Virus record (IMG/VR): IMGVR_UViG_3300027763_001745
Location: 1 to 56,122 of that record
Source of the DNA: a virus
Taxonomy: Duplodnaviria > Caudoviricetes
Reading direction: 5' to 3' (one strand)
Length of the DNA stretch: 56,122 bases
Shown here: piece after piece, positions 9,036-16,655 of the stretch
Numbering within the stretch: position 1 is the stretch's first letter
Layout: each line of letters starts with the position of its first letter
Program-made: the position numbers and the translations under genes
Notes under the pieces: generated by a model
Told to the model about the DNA's origin: nothing
Databases searched by the model: none
What the model saw: only the letters and a program-made list of their open reading frames with translations

Positions 9036-9505
9036 TTTTAGCAAAAAGTGTAATTAAAGATAAATTTTGGATCTTAGAAGAAGATGCCAAACGTGTTGGT
9101 ATGATGAACTTCAAAGACAACAATTATACTATTAATCTAAAGCGCAAAGATTTTATAGCGCAAAATGAAAATGAACTTAAAGACATGGGCATTGAATTTG
9201 TCATTCGTGATTTAACTCATGGTGGCCATCTTGAAGTCATGGGATATCCAACAGATCAAGAAGAAGTATTTAATGTAAAAGAAATTGATGGTTTTCCAAC
9301 TTTTACTAAAAAATCAAGCAGTAAGAGTTTTCATGTTGCAGGTTGGTACGGTTTAAAGTTTAAAAATGGCTGGTGTGCCAGTTTGTGCCCCAGATTAACC
9401 ACTGTTAAAACTAATATATATGTGGGGCCGTTTAAAACTAAAATGGATTTAAAAGTTGTTTTGAGTCAACAAAAAGATGTAATTTTAGAACAAGACGACA
9501 TTTAA
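9032..9505 (+). CDS. Hypothetical phage protein
   Basis: ATGA-coupled, 157 aa. Confidence 0.75.
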   Translation: MILAKSVIKDKFWILEEDAKRVGMMNFKDNNYTINLKRKDFIAQNENELKDMGIEFVIRDLTHGGHLEVMGYPTDQEEVFNVKEIDGFPTFTKKSSSKSFHVAGWYGLKFKNGWCASLCPRLTTVKTNIYVGPFKTKMDLKVVLSQQKDVILEQDDI

Positions 9506-9512
9506 GTAGTAG

Positions 9513-9557
9513 TTAATCTGTGTTTTTTGATAAATAATATATCGGAGAACAGATTAA
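9513..9557 (+). promoter_or_regulatory. RBS-sequestering hairpin enclosing a late promoter (TAAATA)
   Basis: TTAATCTGT (9513-9521) pairs with ACAGATTAA (9549-9557); inner TTTTTGATA pairs with TATCGGAGA using G-U pairs, covering SD GGAG; TAAATA at 9531-9536. Confidence 0.7.
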
Positions 9558-9875
9558 ATGTCGAGACCTAAACCAACTATATTATTAACACACGTAGATC
9601 CAAGTACTTACAAAAGCGAAGAGGTATTAGAAGCTGACGCGATCTATGCGGTCTTTTATAAAGGTCGTCCTTTTAATCTACGTACATTTTTGAACAGTTT
9701 GCAAGATTATCCTGGACCTAAATATAAAAAAGTTAGTTTTAGTAATCCAGGTCATGCATTTAACTTAATGGAAAAAATGAACAAGTTATTTAAGTGTTCT
9801 GATTTTACAGTAATAGAGTTAAAAGAAGGTTCTACAATTAATGAATCAGAACTTATCAAAAAAGCAGATAAGTGA
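9558..9875 (+). CDS. Hypothetical phage protein, probably late
   Basis: GGAG SD; 105 aa (MSRPKPTILL...YKKVSFSNPGHA). Confidence 0.8.
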   Translation: MSRPKPTILLTHVDPSTYKSEEVLEADAIYAVFYKGRPFNLRTFLNSLQDYPGPKYKKVSFSNPGHAFNLMEKMNKLFKCSDFTVIELKEGSTINESELIKKADK

Positions 9876-10182
9876 ATCAATCTTTGAACAATTACAAAAG
9901 TCAGTGGGAAGAGACTTAGAGTTTTTTCAAATTTTTAAAAATGCCAAAGGTACTAGATTCACTGGCACAGGATTTGAACTATCGAAAAGTCTTTGGAAAA
10001 TATATCCAATAAAATTCAAAAAAGAATATAGAGTATTAAATAAAACTCTATTACTATTAGACGAACGCATGGATTGGCCTTACTATCTAAGCAAACGACA
10101 ATTAGTATTGTTTAGTGAAATGGATGCTTTTGAATTTTCATTATATTCGGGTGATATAAATTTATGGGCCAACAAATTTTAA
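9841..10182 (+). CDS. Hypothetical protein
   Basis: 113 aa overlapping ORF. Confidence 0.7.
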   Translation: MNQNLSKKQISESIFEQLQKSVGRDLEFFQIFKNAKGTRFTGTGFELSKSLWKIYPIKFKKEYRVLNKTLLLLDERMDWPYYLSKRQLVLFSEMDAFEFSLYSGDINLWANKF

Positions 10183-10859
10183 ATACAATAAATGAACAAG
10201 GCTATTGTGTTGTTCGTAATCTAATAGATCAAGAAGACATTAACGGTCTCAACGATTTACAGCAATACCTAGAACCACAACGAGGTCATGATTTTACTGC
10301 CAAATACTTTCCAAGAAAAAATCTACATGAAGCCGGTAAATTTGCTATATGGTGGAGTCAACAATTAACCGAATGGGAATGTGTTAAATCTATCAACAGT
10401 AAGCTATTAGAAGTCACTGAAGATTGGTTTAATGATCGTGTTGTTTATGTCTGTGATGTTATTACCAATGAATCAGGTAATCAGTTTGTAAAGCCGCACA
10501 TAGATACTCCATATAGATTTGACGCTTGGCACGAAAGTTTCGAACTACTAGGAATTCAATGTATTGTACCTTTGTGTAAGTTTAATAAAGAAAACGGCGG
10601 TACTGGCATTTATCCAGGAAGTCATTTAAAAAATTGGAATGTAAAAGATAGTTATCGCGGAGTTTATACTGAGGAATTTTTAGCCAATGTAGTACAACCA
10701 GAAATGAATCCTGGAGATGTCCTAATGTATAATCCAAGAGTTTTACATAGCACTATGCCAAATAATACAGATTTAAAACGTAGAGCCCTGCTAACCCACA
10801 TAACTGCTAGAGAAATGATAGACCAACTAAAATTGGTAGACAATATTTGGTTAGAATAA
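10164..10859 (+). CDS. Phytanoyl-CoA dioxygenase (PhyH) family 2OG-Fe(II) oxygenase
   Basis: EQGY, PHID, NGGT..PGSH, PGDVL...LHS..N...R. Confidence 0.88.
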   Translation: MGQQILNTINEQGYCVVRNLIDQEDINGLNDLQQYLEPQRGHDFTAKYFPRKNLHEAGKFAIWWSQQLTEWECVKSINSKLLEVTEDWFNDRVVYVCDVITNESGNQFVKPHIDTPYRFDAWHESFELLGIQCIVPLCKFNKENGGTGIYPGSHLKNWNVKDSYRGVYTEEFLANVVQPEMNPGDVLMYNPRVLHSTMPNNTDLKRRALLTHITAREMIDQLKLVDNIWLE

Positions 10860-10950
10860 AGTAATTGTCAACAAAATACAGAGCTACCGCGTTATATATA
10901 TGTAGGGACAAAAATGTTACTACAGTTCATTAACTAAAAGGAAACTTAAA

Positions 10951-11235
10951 ATGAAAAATCTTATCGCCACACTAATTGTTGCAGTTGCCGCAACATCAGC
11001 TCTTGCCGCCGAACCAGCTAAGGTTGAAGCAGTTAAGAAGCCAGAAGCAACAACAGCCGCTCCTGCTACACCAAAGGAAATGCCTAAGGTTGCCAAGCCA
11101 AAGACTAAAGCTGAAAAAGCCGCAGAAGCAAAGGATGCTAAACCAGCTGACACAAAAAGTGCGGCTCCAGCACCTGCTGCCAAAGCAGACGAAAAGGCTG
11201 CTAGTAAGCCTGCCGCTACAGTACCAGCCAAGTAA
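10951..11235 (+). CDS. Small exported Ala/Lys/Pro-rich protein
   Basis: AAGGA SD; Sec signal MKNLIATLIVAVAATSALA|AEPAK; low-complexity body. Confidence 0.8.
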   Translation: MKNLIATLIVAVAATSALAAEPAKVEAVKKPEATTAAPATPKEMPKVAKPKTKAEKAAEAKDAKPADTKSAAPAPAAKADEKAASKPAATVPAK

Positions 11236-11419
11236 TTTTGAACTAGACGATGAAGACTGTGAAGGTGGTTCCGACGACACGGATCTTCATCGTGGCTACA
11301 GCAGACCAAGACTTGTCACAGTTGATTTAGACGATGACGAAGTCAGTGATTATGTAGCGATAAGGTTGGCATTGGCCCGTGAAAAGGCCATGCAGGCATA
11401 CCGAAGAAAATGGGCATAA
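11234..11419 (+). other. Protein-like acidic reading frame with no nearby start codon (+1 frame of the upstream gene)
   Basis: NFELDDEDCEGG...AMQAYRRKWA fills the gap to the terminator; the only upstream in-frame start in the track is TTG at 10976. Confidence 0.4.
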
Positions 11420-11434
11420 TTGCCCATTTTCTTC
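11403..11434. terminator. Intrinsic terminator (possibly bidirectional)
   Basis: Perfect 14-bp inverted repeat GAAGAAAATGGGCA-TAAT-TGCCCATTTTCTTC. Confidence 0.8.
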
Positions 11435-11436
11435 TA

Positions 11437-11465
11437 TTGACACAAATTAAATTTGAATGTATAAT
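11437..11465 (+). promoter_or_regulatory. Early sigma70 promoter
   Basis: TTGACA, 17 bp, TATAAT; ATG at 11472 (leaderless). Confidence 0.85.
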
Positions 11466-11471
11466 TATGAT

Positions 11472-11705
11472 ATGAACAAAGAAAAAGTAAACGAAATTAT
11501 ACAATGGGTTGGTACAGCATTCATCCTTGCAATGTATGTGATATCAAACTTTTTTAGGGGCTACGATGATTTACGTAATGCTGTGGCCCTTGTTGGTGCT
11601 ATTTGCTTCTTTGCATGGGCCTATCGTGTTGCAAATAAACAACAAATGATTATCAATGGAACTGCTATAGCCTTGTGCTTGGTAGGGTTATTTAATTCCC
11701 AATAA
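11472..11705 (+). CDS. Small membrane protein (about 3 TM segments)
   Basis: Three hydrophobic stretches; start reassigned to 11472 because 11457 lies within the promoter. Confidence 0.75.
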   Translation: MNKEKVNEIIQWVGTAFILAMYVISNFFRGYDDLRNAVALVGAICFFAWAYRVANKQQMIINGTAIALCLVGLFNSQ

Positions 11706-11734
11706 TTGACACAAATTGGTTTTGGCAGTATAAT
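11706..11734 (+). promoter_or_regulatory. Early sigma70 promoter
   Basis: TTGACA, 17 bp (caaattggttttggcag), TATAAT; directly follows the TAA stop. Confidence 0.85.
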
Positions 11735-11766
11735 ATACACATAGTTTAACAAAACAGGAGCAAATT

Positions 11767-12042
11767 ATGTTCGTAGTTTACAACAAAGAAACGACACAAA
11801 TCGTAGGCAGTAAAGCTCGTAGAACTTGGAAAAGTTTGGCAGCCGCTAAAGCTCATTTGTCTCGCATGTCTAAAATGGGTTATAATGTTGCCGAATACGA
11901 TGTTGCTTCACAGTCGTTCTTTGCAGACAAAATTGAAAAAACTGTAGAACGCACGAATTTGATGACTGGTAAGAAATTTAAAGAAAGCACGAATACGCCT
12001 TACTATTGCAGTCCTAGTTCAGAATCTTATTGGTCAATGTAA
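11767..12042 (+). CDS. Hypothetical early protein
   Basis: AGGAG SD; ends in NTPYYCSPSSESYWSM. Confidence 0.8.
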   Translation: MFVVYNKETTQIVGSKARRTWKSLAAAKAHLSRMSKMGYNVAEYDVASQSFFADKIEKTVERTNLMTGKKFKESTNTPYYCSPSSESYWSM

Positions 12043-12071
12043 TTGACATAAATTGGTTTTGGTTGTATAAT
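12043..12071 (+). promoter_or_regulatory. Early sigma70 promoter
   Basis: TTGACA, 17 bp (taaattggttttggttg), TATAAT; near-copy of the 11706 promoter. Confidence 0.85.
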
Positions 12072-12096
12072 ACATATATCGCAACAAGGAGTTGGT

Positions 12097-12285
12097 ATGT
12101 GCAAATTCTGTAAATGGGAATGTAAAATGTTCTATGAGGACAAGCTCTATACCGGCTACTATTGGGGTAAAGAGTACAGTTTGGATCGTGCTATAGAAAA
12201 AGTTGCAGAATTGCAACAATCGCATCCTGCGATGCGATTTGAATTGTCAGATCACCAAACTGGTAGTAAAATAGTCTTAAACTAA
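12097..12285 (+). CDS. Hypothetical early protein (N-terminal CxxCxxxC)
   Basis: AAGGAG SD, 62 aa. Confidence 0.7.
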   Translation: MCKFCKWECKMFYEDKLYTGYYWGKEYSLDRAIEKVAELQQSHPAMRFELSDHQTGSKIVLN

Positions 12286-12294
12286 GGAGTTAAC

Positions 12295-12555
12295 ATGAAA
12301 GCACTTCAAACATTTATTGATCAGAAGAATCGTTGGAACGCTATCTTTAATGGCGAACAATACGAAATCAAAACTGCCGCTGGTCGTCAGCGTGTTGCGG
12401 ATATGATTGACTCAGCATTGAGTCCAGAAAACTTGACCTGTGATGGCGAACTACCACGTGCAGAAGTTAATCGTCGCTGGAAAGAATTAGATGCCGCCGC
12501 AAAACAACTTCGCAAGTTAGATCCCACAGTTAAGTTTTACGAATACGATTATTAA
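12295..12555 (+). CDS. Hypothetical early protein
   Basis: TAAGGAG SD; LSPENLTCDGE motif. Confidence 0.8.
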   Translation: MKALQTFIDQKNRWNAIFNGEQYEIKTAAGRQRVADMIDSALSPENLTCDGELPRAEVNRRWKELDAAAKQLRKLDPTVKFYEYDY

Positions 12556-12564
12556 GGAATTAAA

Positions 12565-12723
12565 ATGAGTGCTATGTCAAATCTTTCAATTGAAATTCAA
12601 GGTATGCTGGAAGATGGTTACTTGCCTGTAACCATTGCTCGAGAACTTGAAATCCCTATTACTTGGATCTTCGAGGAAATCGAACAAGAAGAACTTAGCC
12701 CTTTTGAAACAATTAACTCTTAA
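12565..12723 (+). CDS. Small acidic protein, possible HTH (not in ORF track)
   Basis: TAAGGA SD; MSAMSNLSIEIQGMLEDGYLPVTIARELEIPITWIFEEIEQEELSPFETINS (52 aa). Confidence 0.7.
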   Translation: MSAMSNLSIEIQGMLEDGYLPVTIARELEIPITWIFEEIEQEELSPFETINS

Positions 12724-12727
12724 TATC

Positions 12728-12961
12728 ATGAACGCATTTGATAAAGAAAATTTAGAGTTCTTCATGCGAGCCGATAAGGCTACTATGCAAGAATGGTTCG
12801 AATGGGCAGATCAAGAAAATCTAGCTTATGCTATGAAGTTGATCCGAGCTGAAATATCCAGATTGGAAATGAGCTCTTTGGAATTGACCGACGACGTTAC
12901 TCATACCGATGACGCTGACTATGCAATCCTAGAGATTTTATCAAAATTTGACACAAAATAA
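12728..12961 (+). CDS. Hypothetical protein
   Basis: ATG at 12728 just after the previous stop (MNAFDKENLEF...). Confidence 0.7.
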   Translation: MNAFDKENLEFFMRADKATMQEWFEWADQENLAYAMKLIRAEISRLEMSSLELTDDVTHTDDADYAILEILSKFDTK

Positions 12962-12976
12962 TTTTGGTGTTACAAT
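12948..12976 (+). promoter_or_regulatory. Early sigma70 promoter
   Basis: TTGACA, 17 bp, TACAAT. Confidence 0.75.
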
Positions 12977-12997
12977 AACACTTTAATGGAGAGAATT

Positions 12998-13153
12998 ATG
13001 AAGCGAGAAATTATCACTGCTAAAGTTCCTAAACAGAAACGTCGTGCTGACTTCTTGTTTCATAACGGTGCTTATCGCCCGCAGGTCGTTACCAGCCAAA
13101 AAGTTTACAATCGTAAAAAGTTGGCAAAAGTAATTGACACAAAAGGTGATTGA
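12998..13153 (+). CDS. Small basic protein, ArfA-like (not in ORF track)
   Basis: Own promoter and GGAG SD; MKREIITAKVPKQKRRADFLFHNGAYRPQVVTSQKVYNRKKLAKVIDTKGD (51 aa). Confidence 0.65.
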   Translation: MKREIITAKVPKQKRRADFLFHNGAYRPQVVTSQKVYNRKKLAKVIDTKGD

Positions 13154-13162
13154 GCATATAAT
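13134..13162 (+). promoter_or_regulatory. Early sigma70 promoter
   Basis: TTGACA, 17 bp, TATAAT. Confidence 0.85.
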
Positions 13163-13167
13163 AGTGA

Positions 13168-13202
13168 TATGTTGAATGGTTCAACATACACATGTTTTTT
13201 TT
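13168..13202 (+). promoter_or_regulatory. 5'-leader stem-loop followed by a T8 tract
   Basis: TATGTTGAA-TGG-TTCAACATA at the predicted transcription start. Confidence 0.55.
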
Positions 13203-13228
13203 ACACACACATAGAGGAAATTTATATC

Positions 13229-13486
13229 ATGGCTACATCTAAACTTTTTACAGTTGTTGGCGTTTCTACACTTAATGGCAAGACTAAGGTTCGCTTTGCC
13301 AACGACTTTGCAGGTCGTATTAAAAACTTGGTCAAAGGTGGACACACCAATGTCGAGTTGTTTGAGTTGCCAGAGGCAATGACAAAAGAAGCCGCTTTGT
13401 CTTATGTCAAAGCTAATGCATTGTTTACTATCCCTGCTGACACAGAAGTTACAGCAGAAAACATCGCCGCAGTCGCAGGCGAGTAA
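13229..13486 (+). CDS. Hypothetical early protein
   Basis: GAGG SD; start MATSKLFTVVGVS at 13229. Confidence 0.8.
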   Translation: MATSKLFTVVGVSTLNGKTKVRFANDFAGRIKNLVKGGHTNVELFELPEAMTKEAALSYVKANALFTIPADTEVTAENIAAVAGE

Positions 13487-13492
13487 TCAACA

Positions 13493-13520
13493 AGGGCACA
13501 GAAGTGTGCCCTATCTTTTT
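13493..13520 (+). terminator. Intrinsic terminator
   Basis: AGGGCACA-GAAG-TGTGCCCT followed by a T-rich tract. Confidence 0.75.
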
Positions 13521-13537
13521 CTTTTTAGGAAATCATA

Positions 13538-13762
13538 ATGAGTAGATTACAGTTACATGGACGTACCTATGTAGTGTTTGATGCTGACAACAAAGATCAT
13601 CGCAAGTGGTTTGCTGACTTTAACGCAACTCGTCGATGGGGTAATTGCCCTGTGCGTTTTGTGGTTAACGACGCTCATGGTGATTTGATCACCCAAATAC
13701 AACGAGAACTAATCCAGTTCTATGTTGATAAAGAATTTAAACTAAACAAAATATTAAAGTAA
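13538..13762 (+). CDS. Hypothetical protein
   Basis: AGGA SD, 74 aa (WGNCPVRF). Confidence 0.75.
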   Translation: MSRLQLHGRTYVVFDADNKDHRKWFADFNATRRWGNCPVRFVVNDAHGDLITQIQRELIQFYVDKEFKLNKILK

Positions 13763-13769
13763 AAGAACA

Positions 13770-13883
13770 ATGACATATCCTACACCAGCCCCTAAACCCG
13801 GCGACCAAGTTCGTAGTTCTACTGGCGGCATCATCACTTATACAAAGACAGGTTTGATCCATACCATGTCTAAGAATCGTTAA
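13770..13883 (+). CDS. Mini-protein, 37 aa (not in ORF track)
   Basis: MTYPTPAPKPGDQVRSSTGGIITYTKTGLIHTMSKNR; its stop abuts the next -35. Confidence 0.55.
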   Translation: MTYPTPAPKPGDQVRSSTGGIITYTKTGLIHTMSKNR

Positions 13884-13912
13884 TTGACACAATTAGCATT
13901 AGACGTTATAAT
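13884..13912 (+). promoter_or_regulatory. Early sigma70 promoter
   Basis: TTGACA, 17 bp, TATAAT. Confidence 0.85.
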
Positions 13913-13947
13913 ACATTCATAGCAAAACATTTATAGGAGTATGCTAA

Positions 13948-15063
13948 ATGGCAAAAGTAAGTAAAAGCGGTATTGGTGAACCCCGTACAGTAAAGATCAC
14001 AGAAGCAAAGCGTCTTATCCGCCGTGCTATGAAGGTTAAACGTCCCGTGTTTATGTGGGGACCTCCAGGCGTTGGTAAATCCGACCTTGCCGCTCAGTTG
14101 GCAGAAGAAATGAACGGTGCTCTTATTGACGTTCGTTTGAACTTGTGGGAACCTACAGACATTAAAGGTATCCCTTATTACAATGCACAACAAAATACAA
14201 TGTCTTGGGCACCTCCCAGCGAACTGCCTACTAAAGAGTTTGCATCCAAGCATCCTGTAGTAGTGCTGTTTCTAGATGAACTGGCTGGTGCGGCTCCTGC
14301 TGTACAGGCCGCGGCTTACCAACTTATTCTTAACCGCAAGGTTGGTACATACGAACTGCCAGACAACGTTGTTATTATGGCGGCTGGTAACCGTATGACA
14401 GACAAAGGTGTTACTTATCGTATGCCTACTCCATTGGCTAACCGCTTTGTTCACTTTGAACTTCGTGTAGACTTTGCAGACTGGAACGTTTGGGCATTAC
14501 AAAACCGTATCCATCCAGATGTAGTAGGTTACTTGAACTACCAAAAGGCAGACTTGTACAACTTTGATCCCACTGTACATGACCGCAGTTTTGCTACTCC
14601 TCGCTCTTGGAGTTTTGTAAGTGACCTTATTGACGATGAGATGACAGACAACGAGCAAACCGATATGGTGTCAGGTTGCGTTGGTGAAGGTCTTGCAATT
14701 AAGTTTATGGCTCATCGTAAGATTGCCGCAGACTTGCCTACTCCAACAGATGTATTGAGTGGCAAAGTTAAAGAATTGAAAACTAAAGAAATTAGTGCCA
14801 TGTATTCTTTGACCACAGGTATGTGCTACGAGTTAAAAGACAGCTATGACAATGCTAAGAAGAGTGGCAAGTTGGATACATGGCACTCTAACTGCGAAAA
14901 CTTTATCCAGTTTATGATGGATAATTTTGAGGCAGAGATGGTTATTATGGGTGCTCATACTGCACTTAAGAATTACAACTTACCCTTTGATCACAAGAAG
15001 CTTAAGAACTTCCCAGAGTTCTTCAAACGTTACGCTCACTTGGTAGTGGATGTCTCTAACTAA
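13948..15063 (+). CDS. MoxR/AAA_5-type AAA+ ATPase
   Basis: Walker A GPPGVGKS, Walker B LFLDE, AAGN, LANRF, ATPRSW. Confidence 0.92.
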   Translation: MAKVSKSGIGEPRTVKITEAKRLIRRAMKVKRPVFMWGPPGVGKSDLAAQLAEEMNGALIDVRLNLWEPTDIKGIPYYNAQQNTMSWAPPSELPTKEFASKHPVVVLFLDELAGAAPAVQAAAYQLILNRKVGTYELPDNVVIMAAGNRMTDKGVTYRMPTPLANRFVHFELRVDFADWNVWALQNRIHPDVVGYLNYQKADLYNFDPTVHDRSFATPRSWSFVSDLIDDEMTDNEQTDMVSGCVGEGLAIKFMAHRKIAADLPTPTDVLSGKVKELKTKEISAMYSLTTGMCYELKDSYDNAKKSGKLDTWHSNCENFIQFMMDNFEAEMVIMGAHTALKNYNLPFDHKKLKNFPEFFKRYAHLVVDVSN

Positions 15064-15415
15064 GGCAATGTCTACGTTAACTGGCGTAAAGTATAACGTA
15101 GATGTGAAAGGGGATTTTATCCCCTTTCCTCCTAATACTGTTGACTTAGTTTATGGTGGTATGGATTATGCTAGAAGTGTGTTTGGCAATGAAAGAATTA
15201 CAAGAACTGCTATCATAGACTATTTTGACAATGCTAGAACAACTTGGCCTAGTACAGAGATACCGAAAGGTGTTACACGTCATCAAGTAGTTAGTTGGTG
15301 TAAGGAAAAAGGTATTAAGCCTTTACACTATTATACACCAATGTCAACAAGAACGATTTGGTTTAGAGAAGACTCAGACTTATTTGCCTTTACATTAAAG
15401 TTTGGCGTTAATTGA
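15050..15415 (+). CDS. Hypothetical protein
   Basis: 121 aa ORF between the ATPase and VWA genes; ends WFREDSDLFAFTLKFG. Confidence 0.7.
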   Translation: MSLTKAMSTLTGVKYNVDVKGDFIPFPPNTVDLVYGGMDYARSVFGNERITRTAIIDYFDNARTTWPSTEIPKGVTRHQVVSWCKEKGIKPLHYYTPMSTRTIWFREDSDLFAFTLKFGVN

Positions 15416-15440
15416 CATTAAATAAGTTTACGTGTATAAT
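15412..15440 (+). promoter_or_regulatory. Early sigma70 promoter
   Basis: TTGACA, 17 bp, TATAAT; the TGA stop of the previous gene lies inside the -35. Confidence 0.85.
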
Positions 15441-15461
15441 ACATCTATACAGGAGCACAAT

Positions 15462-16655
15462 ATGAAATTCACAGTTAAAGATAGACTTACTAAAGCCCGT
15501 GTTAAGATGTTGCTTAAACATCCTTTTTGGGGTAACTTGGCAACTCGCATGAAGCTACAAGAAAATAGTGACTGGTTGAGCACTGCCGCTACAGACGGTC
15601 GCCACTTTTACTATAATGAAAAGTTTATTGAAAGTTTAGACGATGAAGAACTAGTGTTCCTATTTGGACACGAAGTTGGACACATTGTCTATGACCATAT
15701 GGGACGTCGTGGAGACAGAGACCCCCAGTTGTGGAATATGGCCGGTGACTATCTCATCAACGACATGCTTATACAAAACAATGTAGGCAAGAAGATTACC
15801 AAGGTGCCAATCCTTTGGGATCCTAAATTCCGCGACATGACCACAGAAGAAGTCTATGACGACTTGTTTAAGAACGCTGTTAAAATCCAAATGACATTGG
15901 ACATGCACATGGATGGTAGTGGAGAAGAAGTAGAAGATGGTAAAGGCAGTGATGGCAAGAGTAGAGCCAGTGGTGTCAAAATAGACGAAGAAACTGCCAA
16001 GAAGATGCGCGACGAGATGAAAGAAGCCATTCTGCAAAGTGCTCAAGCCGCAGGTGCAGGCAACGTTCCCGCAGGTATCAAACGTCTTATTAATCAATTT
16101 ACTGCTCCTAAGATGCGTTGGCAAGACCTGTTGCGTATCCAATTGGAATCTAGTTTAAAGAATAACTATAGTTTTATGCGACCAAGTCGTAAGGCTTGGC
16201 ATACCGGTGCCGTATTGCCAGGTATGTTGCCAGCAGAAGAATTAGATGTGGTAGTTGCCATTGACATGTCGGGTAGTATTAGTAATGAGATGGCACAAGA
16301 CTTTTTGTCAGAAGTCAAAGGTATGATGGACTTGTATACTACTTACAAAATCCATGTATTTTGTTTTGACACAGAAGTGTATAATCCAGTGACATTTAGT
16401 GATGACTATGGAGATGACATTAGCTCATACGAAACAATGGGTGGTGGCGGAACCGATTTTGATGCTTGTTGGACTTACATGAAAGACAATGACATCACTC
16501 CTAAACAATTTATCATGTTTACAGATGGATATCCATATGACAGTTGGGGTGATGAAAACTACTGCGACACGTTATTTGTTATACATGGCAATGATCAAAT
16601 TGAAGCACCGTTTGGTGTAACTGCTCACTATACATTCAATTCAGAAACTGTTTAA
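15462..16655 (+). CDS. HExxH metallopeptidase-like + VWA-like protein (DUF2201-type MoxR partner)
   Basis: TAATDG, HEVGH, MIDAS DMSGS, GGGGTDF, FTDG; AGGAG SD before ATG 15462. Confidence 0.88.
   Translation: MKFTVKDRLTKARVKMLLKHPFWGNLATRMKLQENSDWLSTAATDGRHFYYNEKFIESLDDEELVFLFGHEVGHIVYDHMGRRGDRDPQLWNMAGDYLINDMLIQNNVGKKITKVPILWDPKFRDMTTEEVYDDLFKNAVKIQMTLDMHMDGSGEEVEDGKGSDGKSRASGVKIDEETAKKMRDEMKEAILQSAQAAGAGNVPAGIKRLINQFTAPKMRWQDLLRIQLESSLKNNYSFMRPSRKAWHTGAVLPGMLPAEELDVVVAIDMSGSISNEMAQDFLSEVKGMMDLYTTYKIHVFCFDTEVYNPVTFSDDYGDDISSYETMGGGGTDFDACWTYMKDNDITPKQFIMFTDGYPYDSWGDENYCDTLFVIHGNDQIEAPFGVTAHYTFNSETV

Noticed and set aside
10920-11309. Reverse-strand ORFs 10920-11309 and 10996-11280
   Set aside because: Antisense shadows of a low-complexity gene; no SD or promoter.
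11706-12071. Repeated AATTGACA.AAATTGGTTTTGG as a CRISPR or att repeat
   Set aside because: Spacing is hundreds of bp with intact genes between; fully explained as sigma70 promoters; no cas or integrase seen.
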